The position numbers and the translations under genes are program-made. The notes under the pieces were generated by a model, which worked only from the letters and a program-made list of their open reading frames with translations, was not told where the DNA came from and made no database searches. A DNA stretch of 64,000 bases from Thermodesulfobacteriota bacterium (GTDB lineage: Bacteria > Desulfobacterota > Desulfobacteria > Desulfobacterales > C00003060): assembly GCA_034189385.1 (NCBI GenBank), contig JAXHVD010000005.1, forward strand, positions 1 through 64,000, in the 5' to 3' direction. Shown in pieces: positions 49,039 through 59,407 of the stretch (positions within the stretch are counted from its first letter, which is position 1; every line of letters starts with the position of its first letter).

Positions 49039-51123
49039 ATGAGACTAAAACATATACTCAGCCTGTTTTTTGTCGGCTTGTGTTTCCTCTTGTGCTTTCC
49101 GGTGGCTGTCCAATGTGGAGAAACCTCTAGGATTCTTATCCTTGTAAGAGGCGACCAGCCGCAGGTGCAATCTGTGAAAACAGAAGGCGGGCCAGAGGTA
49201 AAAATCGTTTACGGTGATGAGGAAGGGGGCGCAAAAGCTTCGGAGATGCTCATTGCGAAGCGTTTGCTGGGGGCCAACTATGATGTATTGACATCTGACG
49301 ACTTAGCTCCCTCTTTATGGCTATCAAGTGAGGATATTCTCGCGGCCAAGAAAGGGAATGTGCCAAAGGGACGAAAGGCCGCTGCCTTTTCTGACGCGAA
49401 CGTACTTTTCAGTGGTTTTATCAAGGTGGGCACGAGCGCGGAGGAAGTGCTGGATATGGAAATGAATAAAGCGGTGACCACCTTGTCTTACAAACTTGTA
49501 AGTACTGCTTCAGGAAAGGTCCTTGATCTAGATAGCAAGCAGTACCGCAGTAGCAGTAGATCTGCGAAAGAGGCTGTGCAGGCCACCTTGGAAACCATGG
49601 CCAATGAGGTCGCCCAGATGTTGGCAGAAAAGGTTCCTCTGGAGGTTTCCAAGAAAGATTCAGGATTGTTGGCAAAGTACAAGAAGAAGTTTGAAAAGAC
49701 CAAAGTGGCAAGGAAACCATCTGTCCCTCCAGAGCCGACGGCCTCAAAGGAAAAAGCGGCACCATCTCCTCAGATCATTATTATTAGCCCCCCGGTGGGA
49801 CGGGGATTTGAGGTGGTTGAGAAGAAGACCAAAATTACCATAGAGGGGCTTGCCAAAGATCCTGCCGGCATCAAACTGGTGAAGGTGAATGCTGATCCTG
49901 CCGACCTGGACACGGAGGGCTTCTTTTCTTACGAATCTACCCTGTCACCAGGAGATAACCGTTTTCTGGTGTTGGCCATGAACAAGGTTGGAAGTACGGC
50001 CACCAAGGAACTAGTCGTTAAACACAGGAAGGATGAATCTCCGCCTGAAATTGTCCTCATGAGGCCCCAGGTGACGAGGGGCTTTACAGTGGCGATGAAA
50101 CAGCCGCTGTCAAAGACCTTTGTCGAAGGCATGGTCAAAGACGACACCGGCATTCTTTATGTGAGAGTGAACGGAGGAGACGCCGCCGTTGACAAAGAAG
50201 GGTTTTTTTCTAAGGAGATTCCCGTAAAGGAGACCGATGAGAAGATCGTCATTGAGGCAGCTGACAAGGCGGGGAACCAGACGCGCAAAGAGTTTCAAAT
50301 TACCAGAACGTACGAAGGCACGAGGACCATGGCCCCTCTAGGGAGCGGGACCGTCAAACCGGTCCTCTGGGGCCTGGCCATAGGCGTTTCTCGATACGAC
50401 GGCACTACCGCGGATCTCAGATACGCCGATGACGACGCAAAGAGCCTGGCGGAGTCTCTAAAAAAACAGGAGGGTAGGCTCTTCTCTGAAGTTCATTTTG
50501 AGACTCTGGTGAATGAGGACGTGACGCGGGACAGTATTATCCAGAGCATGTCAAGGCACTTGGGCAAGGCCGCTCCGGACGATGTTGTTTTCATATTTAT
50601 TGCAGGTCACGGGGTGAAGCATCGCCAGTCCGGCTCATACTACTTTGTTCCGTACGACGCTGATTTTGATTCCATCCTTACAAAGGGACTCAGAATGTCC
50701 GATTTTGATGAAGCCGTTAGCATCCTGTCGAGGAACGTGAACAAGGTCATCCTGGCCATGGATACTTGTCATTCGGGGGCGATGAGACTGGGTGTGAGGG
50801 CTGAAGGGAGCGGGGAAAATCTGGCTGAAGCCCTGAGAGAGGCCAGCGGACGCTATGTTCTCGCGGCTTCAAAAGGCGGAGAGGAATCCCTTGAAAACGA
50901 GAAGTTCAAGATAGACAAACAAGACTCAGGACACGGGGCATTTACCTACGCGCTACTGGAAGGTATGTCCGGTAAGGCGAACTACGATGGGGACAACTAC
51001 ATTTCTCTGAACGAGCTTTTTCAATATGTGGCCAAGCGGGTCCCTCGGTTAACGGATGGAAAACAGCATCCGTACTTCACCGCAGCAGGAACGGATATGC
51101 CTTTGATTGTTTTGAAGGAGTAA
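49039..51123 (+). CDS. Exported caspase-family (peptidase C14) protein with Ig-like repeats
   Basis: Signal peptide; two Ig-like repeats (V.VNG...GFF); LAIGVSRY, FIAGHG and MDTCHSG dyad; HGAFTYALLEG. Confidence 0.9.
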   Translation: MRLKHILSLFFVGLCFLLCFPVAVQCGETSRILILVRGDQPQVQSVKTEGGPEVKIVYGDEEGGAKASEMLIAKRLLGANYDVLTSDDLAPSLWLSSEDILAAKKGNVPKGRKAAAFSDANVLFSGFIKVGTSAEEVLDMEMNKAVTTLSYKLVSTASGKVLDLDSKQYRSSSRSAKEAVQATLETMANEVAQMLAEKVPLEVSKKDSGLLAKYKKKFEKTKVARKPSVPPEPTASKEKAAPSPQIIIISPPVGRGFEVVEKKTKITIEGLAKDPAGIKLVKVNADPADLDTEGFFSYESTLSPGDNRFLVLAMNKVGSTATKELVVKHRKDESPPEIVLMRPQVTRGFTVAMKQPLSKTFVEGMVKDDTGILYVRVNGGDAAVDKEGFFSKEIPVKETDEKIVIEAADKAGNQTRKEFQITRTYEGTRTMAPLGSGTVKPVLWGLAIGVSRYDGTTADLRYADDDAKSLAESLKKQEGRLFSEVHFETLVNEDVTRDSIIQSMSRHLGKAAPDDVVFIFIAGHGVKHRQSGSYYFVPYDADFDSILTKGLRMSDFDEAVSILSRNVNKVILAMDTCHSGAMRLGVRAEGSGENLAEALREASGRYVLAASKGGEESLENEKFKIDKQDSGHGAFTYALLEGMSGKANYDGDNYISLNELFQYVAKRVPRLTDGKQHPYFTAAGTDMPLIVLKE

Positions 51124-51153
51124 GACCGCCCAAGGGCAGGGGCGCTAAACGAG

Positions 51154-51882
51154 ATGTCAGAAAACAGGAGGTCCACGTTGAAAGGAAATTACACTTCAGT
51201 AAAAGTCCTGCAGTTAACGGCGCTTTCAATAGTCCTTGCGCTCTTGGGGTGTGCGGGAGCTCCGCCTGCCGCTGATCTGCCGCCAACACCGGAAGAAAAG
51301 ATGGACTGGTCCACACTGCCCAGTCCGCCACAGAAGAAGCAGCTTGTTGCTGTCGCGGGTTTTGAGAACAAGAGCACCTATTCTGCTGACAAACTCTGGG
51401 ATACATCCTCCCGCATCCTGGCAAGTTACCTGTTGCGGGCCGGATACTTCCGGGTAGTGGAATGGGAGAAGATGAAGCAGCTCTTTGACTGGGACACCTT
51501 GAGTACGGCCAGCCTGGTGAAAACGCCGGAAAATATGAAAAAAGCACAGCGTATATTGTTATGTGAGCAGTTTCTTTCCGGGTCGATCACGTATTTCGAC
51601 GTGCGACAACATGCAAGTGTGAGCGCTACTTCCAAGAAAAAGGTCATAGACACAACCATCCGGGTCGATCTACTCCTCCAAGATGCTCAGTCTGGGGAGT
51701 ATGTCTCTGCTGGCATGGGCGAACATACGGTGAGCCAGGTCTATTCAGGGGGGCTCTCAGGTGGCCAGACGGGAAGCTGGGATCCGCGCGCCGCAGATAA
51801 AGCGCTGGATATGGCCATTGGCAAGGCATTACTTGAATTGATTTCAAATTTTGACCGGCTTGTGGGACATGGGGCTTCGTAG
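51154..51882 (+). CDS. CsgG/HfaB-family lipoprotein
   Basis: Lipobox LLGC; VAVAGFENKS, L..AGYFRVVE, SGSITYFD, RVDLLLQD..SGE. Confidence 0.8.
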   Translation: MSENRRSTLKGNYTSVKVLQLTALSIVLALLGCAGAPPAADLPPTPEEKMDWSTLPSPPQKKQLVAVAGFENKSTYSADKLWDTSSRILASYLLRAGYFRVVEWEKMKQLFDWDTLSTASLVKTPENMKKAQRILLCEQFLSGSITYFDVRQHASVSATSKKKVIDTTIRVDLLLQDAQSGEYVSAGMGEHTVSQVYSGGLSGGQTGSWDPRAADKALDMAIGKALLELISNFDRLVGHGAS

Positions 51883-52314
51883 CGCCTCTTATCTGGGGCC
51901 GCAGTGTTGAATTTCCATCAAAGGAACACTGATAACCCTGCGAGCCTTCGTGGGGTGGGACATATCGATGGTCGAACAAGGAGTTTTGACGCACGGGGTT
52001 TTCGAACGCTTCCTTTCTAAAATCCTTCAACAGTTGTCAATCCTTGCTCATTATTCGATGTTCAGTCAGTCCTGGAGTGGCGTTCAGCTTCAAGTTTGCT
52101 TCCGTGTGTGAAGGGGCACGGGGGTCGTGTCTCGTCATCACGGGATACCTCTTTTTAAATCAACCGTAGTCGAAAATCAGGGGGGAGCAATGAGAAGTAA
52201 AATGGAAGGGAAGCGGGAGCCTCCAAGGCCCATTGGCACGGAGCAAGGGGTGGTAGCGTTTAGTAAAATAAAGAGTGGGCTATTTCGTTTGCCAAAGGTG
52301 AAAGGAGAGTCAGA

Positions 52315-53982
52315 ATGAGAAGATTCAGGTCAAACACTCTGGCACAGATTCTATGCTTCATTGCTGTTGCCTTTTTCGTTGTACCGAGTCATGTGGCATC
52401 CGTCCTTGCCGAGGAGGTCATAAAGGCCACTACAAAGGTCGAACACAAACCCATCAAGTACTTTGTCCCCGAAAAAAGGATCAAGCTTCAGGCAGAGGTC
52501 ACGGACAAGGAAGGGGTGAATCTCGTCCGGTGCTATTTTCGGGCCGTTGAGCAGGCCGACTATGTGTTTGTGGCCATGAAGCCGGGCAGCAGCCTGTATT
52601 CAGGCGTCATTCCTGCGCCGAGCAAAGAGACAGAAATGCTTGAGTATCTGTTTCTGGTTGTGAATGGTGAAAACAAAGTAGTCAAAACACAGACATTTAA
52701 GGTCGAGAAAAAGGACGACGACGACACACCGGCATGGCAGGAGGTGAGCTCAAAGGGCGATATCCATGTGAGTACTGAGTTGGCCCAGGCCCCCACAGCG
52801 CCGCCGGGTTTTGCAGACTCCATTGCAATAGACGTTGCTGAATCATCTGCCCGTTTTGGTTTTGTGGTGGGGGGTATCTACACAGCGCTTCAGGCTTCAG
52901 ACTCTGGAGGCACTTCCGGCACTGCCGCAGCAGCAGATAGCGCAGGCACCATTTCCGCCAAAACAGGTGGTCTGTCCACGTTGGCCTATGTTGGCATTGG
53001 TGCTGCCCTTGTGGCTGGAGGCGCTGCTGCCGCTGGAGGCGGTGGAGGCGGTGGCGGCGGTGGCGGCGGTAATGGAGGACTCTCAGGCGTTACCGTAGAT
53101 AGCACCGCTGTCAGTATAGCTTTCTGGGACTGTGGGTCGGCAGATACTGATCCGCCGTGCAACAATGATGGGGACGTCATCGACGCCAGCCTCAATGGGG
53201 CACCTATTGCACAGAGCCTTAGGTTGTCTCCAAGTGAAGACGTTCGCCAAGTCAGCTTAAGAGAGGGACAAAACACCCTTAGGATCATGGCACGGCAAGA
53301 TGGAGAGTGTCCCGGCAACGCGGCATGCCTTCGTATCTCAAACGTAACCTCAGGCGATCCAACTCAGGATTGGCAGCTTTCCGCCGTAGGACATGAGGGT
53401 TGGCCCCAAAGTGCTACGATGCCGATAAACGCTCCAACGGACGACACAACCACCACAACGACAAGCACTACGACTACGTCGACCACAACCACAGGGACAA
53501 CCACAGCGCCTCCGACGACAATACCGACGACGACAATATCAACAACGACAATACCAATGCCTACGTCAACAACAACAGTGGCCGATCCCTGTGCAGGCAA
53601 CCATCCTCCTCAAGTGGGGGGTGTGAATGTGTACGGGGCTCAGAATACAAGTGCCCTTTGTGTGGGCGACCGTATTGCCTTCACAGCAAGCGGTTATGAT
53701 GCAGATACCAACTTGGACGTACAAAGTATCTATGTGACGGTGGTAAATAAGACTTACGGCACCCAAGGGGCCCAGACCTTCTATCCCCAACCTTCAGGAG
53801 TTGGCAATTCTTTTACGGTGTCGAGAGTAACCAGGTTCAGTGTTGGATATGAGGACGCCCAGTATTGCGTTTACGTCCAGCTACAGGACAAATGCGGAAA
53901 CCGGAGCAATACCGGAGCCGGCTGTGCTTACAGCAGCGACTGTAGCGGACATCACGATGACGACTATTATGACGATTATTAG
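52315..53982 (+). CDS. Exported low-complexity protein (poly-Gly, Thr-rich linker, Cys-containing domains)
   Basis: Signal peptide; hydrophobic VGIGAALVAGGAAAA plus a poly-Gly run; ~50-aa Thr/Pro tract; acidic/Tyr tail HHDDDYYDDY. Confidence 0.85.
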   Translation: MRRFRSNTLAQILCFIAVAFFVVPSHVASVLAEEVIKATTKVEHKPIKYFVPEKRIKLQAEVTDKEGVNLVRCYFRAVEQADYVFVAMKPGSSLYSGVIPAPSKETEMLEYLFLVVNGENKVVKTQTFKVEKKDDDDTPAWQEVSSKGDIHVSTELAQAPTAPPGFADSIAIDVAESSARFGFVVGGIYTALQASDSGGTSGTAAAADSAGTISAKTGGLSTLAYVGIGAALVAGGAAAAGGGGGGGGGGGGNGGLSGVTVDSTAVSIAFWDCGSADTDPPCNNDGDVIDASLNGAPIAQSLRLSPSEDVRQVSLREGQNTLRIMARQDGECPGNAACLRISNVTSGDPTQDWQLSAVGHEGWPQSATMPINAPTDDTTTTTTSTTTTSTTTTGTTTAPPTTIPTTTISTTTIPMPTSTTTVADPCAGNHPPQVGGVNVYGAQNTSALCVGDRIAFTASGYDADTNLDVQSIYVTVVNKTYGTQGAQTFYPQPSGVGNSFTVSRVTRFSVGYEDAQYCVYVQLQDKCGNRSNTGAGCAYSSDCSGHHDDDYYDDY

Positions 53983-54247
53983 AAATTATTAGACAGGCAA
54001 AGGATATTCTTTCGTCTTCTCCCCTTGGGGGCATTGATGATTCACCCAAGAGGTTTTTCCCCGTACGGCTGCGATTCATCTGTGCATGGACCGTACATGA
54101 TAATAGCTTGCTGGTAAGGCCTTTTGGCTTGACAGCTTTTTAGGAGAGGGCCTCCGATCAGTTCCGGCGCATTTTCTTGCGCCTCTTGTGCCAAGAAGGC
54201 AATTATTTTTGCCATGGCAGGGGAGCCGTATCATCATTCTAGCATAA

Positions 54248-55732
54248 GTGAAATGTATGCTGTCCATAGTACTTCATTACTTCCATGGTAGAGGTTTCGT
54301 TCTCTCTCGCCTGTGTTGGTGCGGGCTGATCCTATCCATAGTCTGCTATTGGGAAGGTGTCGGCGCTGAAGAGAACGCCACCGGACGAGGAGAGGATGAG
54401 AGCGTTATGTCCCTCACTCTGGAAGAGGCCATCAACCTGGCCCTTGAGGCGAACAGGAATCTTCTTATTTCAACCTCCAATTTGGAAAGCCAGACACTAT
54501 TCTTGACTTCAGCCCAATCGGAATTCGAACTGAAGTTTGCGCCGTCCGTGACCGGAGACGCCAGCGATGATTACAAAAGCATAGGATCAGAGATCTCCCT
54601 GGACAAGAAACTTAAGATGGGACCAAGGGCTACATTGACGCCGGGGATTGCAATTTCAGATGTAGGGGACAAGTATTCAGGGAGGACAGCTCTCTCGCTT
54701 GAGATGCCACTTCTGAGAGATTTCGGCAGAGAGGTCACCCTGGACAGTGTGCGGTCTTCGGAGTTCTCAGTCAGGACTGCGGAAAGGTCTCTGTATTTCA
54801 CAAGGGTGAATACGGTTTTGGACACCGTTTTCGGTGTCTACGACATCATCAAACAAAGGGAACTCGTCGAGCTCTATGATTCTCAGGTCAAACGCTTGAA
54901 CGGACACGCTGAAACGGCAAAGATAAAGGAGAAGGTCGGCCTGGCAACGCCTATAGACATTTATCGTGCAGAGATTCGCCTTAAGGACGCTGAGGACAGC
55001 CTAACACAGGCCCGCGAAGCCCTTAGTTCTTCTGAGGATGCGCTGAAGCTGATTCTTGCAATGCCGCTGGACACATCAATCGCGGTGACTGCCCCCGTCG
55101 AGTATGATCCAATCAATGTGAATATAGATGATGCGGTTGAAATAGCGCATAATAATAGAGTAGAACTGGAGGGCCAGAGAGATCAAATTCGAGAAGTCGA
55201 GAGGAGGTCTCGTGTTTACAAGCATAGACTGCTGCCACAGTTAAACGTCGTCATGAATTACGAAAAGTATGGCACTTCTGATGACTTCAGCGAGAGCACG
55301 AGATTGGACGAGGATCGTTGGAGCATTAATCTGGTTAGCACAACCGATTGGGCTCGAACCGCGGAAAAAGCAGCATTCAGGCAAAGCCTCCTTGACATTA
55401 AAACAGCCCGGCTGGATCTTGAAGCGAGGCGAGATGAGATAACCCGAGAGGTGCGGCGACAACTGGAAGCACTAAGAAAGTCCAGGGAACGTATTGAAAT
55501 TAGGAGCGAAAAGATAAAACAGGCTAAGGGAAAACTGGCCCTGGCAAAAATCAAGTTTAATTACGGAATGGCCAACAATTTTGACGTCATTGAGGCAGAG
55601 ACAGAGCTCCAGCAGGCGCAGGTGGATTTACTTTCCACAGAGGTAGAATACATTGTGGGAACCTACAACCTGAGAGCTGTTTTAGGCACGCTCATTGAAA
55701 GAGGGGGAGATCCAGTTTTTAATGCGTCTTAA
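54248..55732 (+). CDS. TolC family outer membrane protein
   Basis: LTLEEAINLALEAN, two helical OEP repeats, G.A.NFDVIEAE; start uncertain. Confidence 0.9.
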   Translation: MKCMLSIVLHYFHGRGFVLSRLCWCGLILSIVCYWEGVGAEENATGRGEDESVMSLTLEEAINLALEANRNLLISTSNLESQTLFLTSAQSEFELKFAPSVTGDASDDYKSIGSEISLDKKLKMGPRATLTPGIAISDVGDKYSGRTALSLEMPLLRDFGREVTLDSVRSSEFSVRTAERSLYFTRVNTVLDTVFGVYDIIKQRELVELYDSQVKRLNGHAETAKIKEKVGLATPIDIYRAEIRLKDAEDSLTQAREALSSSEDALKLILAMPLDTSIAVTAPVEYDPINVNIDDAVEIAHNNRVELEGQRDQIREVERRSRVYKHRLLPQLNVVMNYEKYGTSDDFSESTRLDEDRWSINLVSTTDWARTAEKAAFRQSLLDIKTARLDLEARRDEITREVRRQLEALRKSRERIEIRSEKIKQAKGKLALAKIKFNYGMANNFDVIEAETELQQAQVDLLSTEVEYIVGTYNLRAVLGTLIERGGDPVFNAS

Positions 55733-57173
55733 ACCCATACACAAGTATTCCATGCTGGCTATGGGCCTGGTCACGGTTGGACTTCTGTTGGTCCGTTTCG
55801 TGACGCCCGGCTCCAGTAATCACGATGTTCAATTGGCAACGGTGTCCGCCAGTAGTTTTGACATACGGGTGAACGCCGTGGGGGTGTTGGATACGGAAAG
55901 GTCCCACACGATTTCCTCTGCTATTGGAGGAAACAAGGGGAAAATTGTCTACTTGATAGAAGACGGAACGTGGGTCAAGGAAGGTGATGTGTTGGTGGGG
56001 CTCGACGCCACGCCCTTTGAGGAGGCCGTTCGTACCTTGAAGGGATCGGTTGAGGCCCTGGAGGCTGAAGTAAAAGGAGAGGAACAGAAAGTAGAGTGGG
56101 AAAAAAACCAGGTTGAACGAGAAATCAAAGCAGCCGAATACGGGCTGAAAGTTACCAAACTGGATTTGAAGAAGGTTGTTGAAGGAGACGGGCCCCTTCA
56201 GTTGGCTCAATTCAAGGAGGAGATGGAGAAGGCTAAGGAAGACCATTCCCGCCACCAGTCATATATACGGGACCTGGAAGAGTTGAGCCAAAAAGGGTTC
56301 AATAATCCTACAGAAATGGCTTTAGCAAGAGAAAGAATAGCAGAGTTGAAAGAAAGACATGATGCGGCCAGTAAGAAGTATGCCAGTTATAATGAACACG
56401 TTCTTCCGTCGCTCGTAGAAGCTGCCAAGGCCAAGGTAGGAAAAGCCGACATGGAACTCGAGCAGATCAAGAAGGGCGCCGTCTTCAAGGTAGCCAGGGC
56501 AGTAGCTTCCATGGAAGAGGCTAAGGGCAGACTGAAAGCGACCAGGGCCTCACTCACGCAGGCAAAGAGCGACTTGGGAAAGACAACTATCGGTGCTCCT
56601 TTTTCAGGGATAGCTATCTTATTTGAGACATTTCGAGATGGAGAAAAGAGAAAACCAAGAGTGGGGGACCAGGCCTGGCAGAATCAACCTTTGCTGTACC
56701 TACCAGACATGTCTTCCATGATAGTCAAAACTCAGATTCGGGAAATTGACCTTCACAAGATTAGACTGGGACAAAAGTGCATGGTGAAGGTTGACGCCTA
56801 TCCTGACGCTGAGTTCGAAGGCGAAGTGATCTTTATCGGTGTACTGGCCTCTAAGCGCTTTGAGGGAGGGATAGGGGAGAAGTATTTCCAACTCACCCTT
56901 TCTCTTAAGAGTGAAGACTCAAGGCTCAGACCGGGCATGACGGCAAGGGTCTCCATATTGACAGACAGCGTTAAAGACGCCCTCTGTGTTCCGTCCCAAG
57001 CCGTCTTTGACGAAGGAGGTAAGAAATACTGTTATCAGTATACGGGCCAAAGCTTTCTAAGAGCAGAAGTCTCTTTGGGCAAACAGAATGAGGATTTGGC
57101 TGAGATCTTATCAGGGCTGAGAAAGGGGGACAAGGTCAGCTTGGTCAAACCGCCTCGGCAAGAAACAAGATAG
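55722..57173 (+). CDS. MacA-like periplasmic adaptor
   Basis: TM, EDGTWVKEGDVLV, IGAPFSG, LRPGMTARV. Confidence 0.9.
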   Translation: MRLKPIHKYSMLAMGLVTVGLLLVRFVTPGSSNHDVQLATVSASSFDIRVNAVGVLDTERSHTISSAIGGNKGKIVYLIEDGTWVKEGDVLVGLDATPFEEAVRTLKGSVEALEAEVKGEEQKVEWEKNQVEREIKAAEYGLKVTKLDLKKVVEGDGPLQLAQFKEEMEKAKEDHSRHQSYIRDLEELSQKGFNNPTEMALARERIAELKERHDAASKKYASYNEHVLPSLVEAAKAKVGKADMELEQIKKGAVFKVARAVASMEEAKGRLKATRASLTQAKSDLGKTTIGAPFSGIAILFETFRDGEKRKPRVGDQAWQNQPLLYLPDMSSMIVKTQIREIDLHKIRLGQKCMVKVDAYPDAEFEGEVIFIGVLASKRFEGGIGEKYFQLTLSLKSEDSRLRPGMTARVSILTDSVKDALCVPSQAVFDEGGKKYCYQYTGQSFLRAEVSLGKQNEDLAEILSGLRKGDKVSLVKPPRQETR

Positions 57174-57236
57174 GGGGTCGCGGCTGTCCATACCCGCCGG
57201 TGAAGGAAAGACGGAAAAGGGTGAAAGACTACGGAC

Positions 57237-57926
57237 ATGTCATATCTGATAGAGGCATCGGGAATCACCAAGGAATTTAGCATTGGCGGATCTTTGATTC
57301 AAGCTTTAGATAACATTGACCTCCAGGTTGACAAGGGTGAGTTTGTAGCCATCATGGGACCTTCCGGGTCAGGGAAGTCCACTTTGTTGCACGTCCTGGG
57401 ATGTTTAGAAAGGCCCACCTCGGGGACTTACTTGCTAAATGGCACAGACGTCTTTCAATCTTCGGACAGAGAGCTTTCTCACTTTCGCGCCAACCACATA
57501 GGCTTCGTGTTTCAAACTTTCAACCTTCTATCCCAATTGACTGTTTTTGAGAACGTAGAGCTTCCGTTTTTCTATTCCTCCAGTACGAATGGGGAGACAA
57601 GTGCCCGAGTGACGAGGGCCATTGAAGAGGTGGGGCTCATTGACAGGCTTGACCACCGGCCGTCAGAGCTTTCCGGAGGTGAGATGCAGCGCGTGGCCAT
57701 TGCCAGGGCCCTGGCCATTGCACCCACACTCATTCTGGCAGATGAGCCCACGGGCAACCTGGATTCCAGGACCAGCCAGGAGATCCTTGAGCTGTTTGAT
57801 AGGCTCCACAATGACGGTGCAACCATGCTGATGGTAACCCATGATCGTGAAGTGGCGTCCCGGTCTCAGCGGGTCATGACTTTAAGGGACGGCAAATTCA
57901 TTGACGGCATTGAGGTTGGAAGGTGA
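57237..57926 (+). CDS. MacB/LolD-type ABC ATP-binding protein
   Basis: GPSGSGKST, LSGGEMQRVAIARAL, ADEPTGNLD. Confidence 0.95.
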   Translation: MSYLIEASGITKEFSIGGSLIQALDNIDLQVDKGEFVAIMGPSGSGKSTLLHVLGCLERPTSGTYLLNGTDVFQSSDRELSHFRANHIGFVFQTFNLLSQLTVFENVELPFFYSSSTNGETSARVTRAIEEVGLIDRLDHRPSELSGGEMQRVAIARALAIAPTLILADEPTGNLDSRTSQEILELFDRLHNDGATMLMVTHDREVASRSQRVMTLRDGKFIDGIEVGR

Positions 57927-59173
57927 ATAGGGCTTCAAAGATTATTGCATTGGCCATTCGGTCTTTGCTGCAACACAAATTGAGGGCGGCCTTGAGCATT
58001 CTAGGAGTCATATGCGGGGTCACGGCAGTCCTTGCCATGCTGTCCATAGGGGAGGGCGCCAAGCGAGAAGTCCTGAGCCAGATAGAGCAACTGGGCACAA
58101 AGAACATCTATCTTAAGGCAGTGGCTTTGACGGAGAATCAAGAAATAAAGGCAAGAGAGAAACTGTCCCGGGGCTTAAGCACGTACGATAGGGATCGCAT
58201 TGTTCGGGGTTGTGCAGCAGTGAGAGATGTAGCCTGCTTGATGGAACTGCCTGCGTCGGTCATTGGTATGGCAAGGGAAGTGTCTCCTCAGATTGTAGCC
58301 TGTTCCTCCAACTATGGTGAGGTGCACAGAATCCCTCTTTCCTACGGACGGTTTGTTGGCGATCAGGATGTGGAGCGCAAGTATAGAGTCTGCGTGCTGG
58401 GTTGGGATGTGTCTGAAAGTCTGGGCTCAGAGGGCCGGCTGGGAAGCCACATAAGAATGGAAGACCACCTATACCAAATCGTGGGTGTTTTGAAGAGACA
58501 GGACTTCAAGACCGCCAAATCATCAGTCGTATCTGTCCGAAACCATAATCAGATGATTTTCGTTCCCCTGGGGACGGAAGGGAATCTTGTGCAAGGCCCG
58601 CAAAGAAAGGGTAATCGATCGACCGGCGGTTTGACGGAACTGGTCGTTCAGGTGCAAGAGACGGATCAGGTGATTGGAGCGGCAAGGGTCATTAGAAGAA
58701 TTATGGAAAGATCCCACGGTGGTGCACAGGATTATCAGATGGTTGTCCCTCAAGAGTTATTGAGACAGGCACAAAAGACCCAGAGAACCTTCAATATTGT
58801 TTTGGGCAGCATTGCCTGTATCTCTCTGCTAGTGGGCGGCATAGGGATCATGAACATTATGCTTGCCACCGTGTCGGAACGAACAAGAGAGATCGGGATC
58901 AGAAGAGCGGTGGGGGCTGCACGTGAACACATCATGATTCAATTTCTTGCTGAATCCGTACTATTGACTTTTTCCGGTGGCATTGTCGGGGTTGCAGGCG
59001 GCATAGTGGGCGTGTGGCTTATTACAGCCATGGCTGGATGGAAGACGGCCATAACGATCTGGTCGATTATTCTTTCTTTACTGATGTCCACCGTCGTGGG
59101 GATCTTTTTCGGCCTCTACCCTGCCTACCATGCCGCTAAAATGGACCCGATCGCAGCCCTTCGCCACGAGTGA
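57923..59173 (+). CDS. MacB-type ABC permease
   Basis: ISLLVGGIGIMNIMLATVSERTREIGIRRAVGA; DPIAALRHE. Confidence 0.95.
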   Translation: MNRASKIIALAIRSLLQHKLRAALSILGVICGVTAVLAMLSIGEGAKREVLSQIEQLGTKNIYLKAVALTENQEIKAREKLSRGLSTYDRDRIVRGCAAVRDVACLMELPASVIGMAREVSPQIVACSSNYGEVHRIPLSYGRFVGDQDVERKYRVCVLGWDVSESLGSEGRLGSHIRMEDHLYQIVGVLKRQDFKTAKSSVVSVRNHNQMIFVPLGTEGNLVQGPQRKGNRSTGGLTELVVQVQETDQVIGAARVIRRIMERSHGGAQDYQMVVPQELLRQAQKTQRTFNIVLGSIACISLLVGGIGIMNIMLATVSERTREIGIRRAVGAAREHIMIQFLAESVLLTFSGGIVGVAGGIVGVWLITAMAGWKTAITIWSIILSLLMSTVVGIFFGLYPAYHAAKMDPIAALRHE

Positions 59174-59407
59174 GCGGGGGGCTGAAAAGGTGCCATGACA
59201 GTGAAATATGAATGACAGACTCTGAGAAAAAGCATCTATTTCTGGTGTGGTGACACGGCTTAAGGCGCATGGCGTGCGGCGCAAGACATCTGGCCTTGCG
59301 TCCTAAGTCTCATGCCTTGCGCCTCGATTTTGTCCCCAAAAGGTTCTTCTACTCAACAGCCACGCAATCGGTTGGCATCATGTCTGTCATCAAGGAGGCT
59401 ATTAGCG

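Noticed and set aside
52234..52249. TGGCACG upstream of the Thr-rich gene as a fifth sigma54 promoter
   Set aside because: -12 position is GG, not GC, and no UAS pair at ~110 bp
53445..53580. ACN-rich repeats as a CRISPR array or DNA tandem repeat
   Set aside because: They are Thr codons of a protein linker; no repeat-spacer structure or cas genes
54178..54193. Minus-strand TGGCACAAGAGGCGCA sigma54-like box
   Set aside because: Correct spacing but no UAS pair and no credible downstream gene
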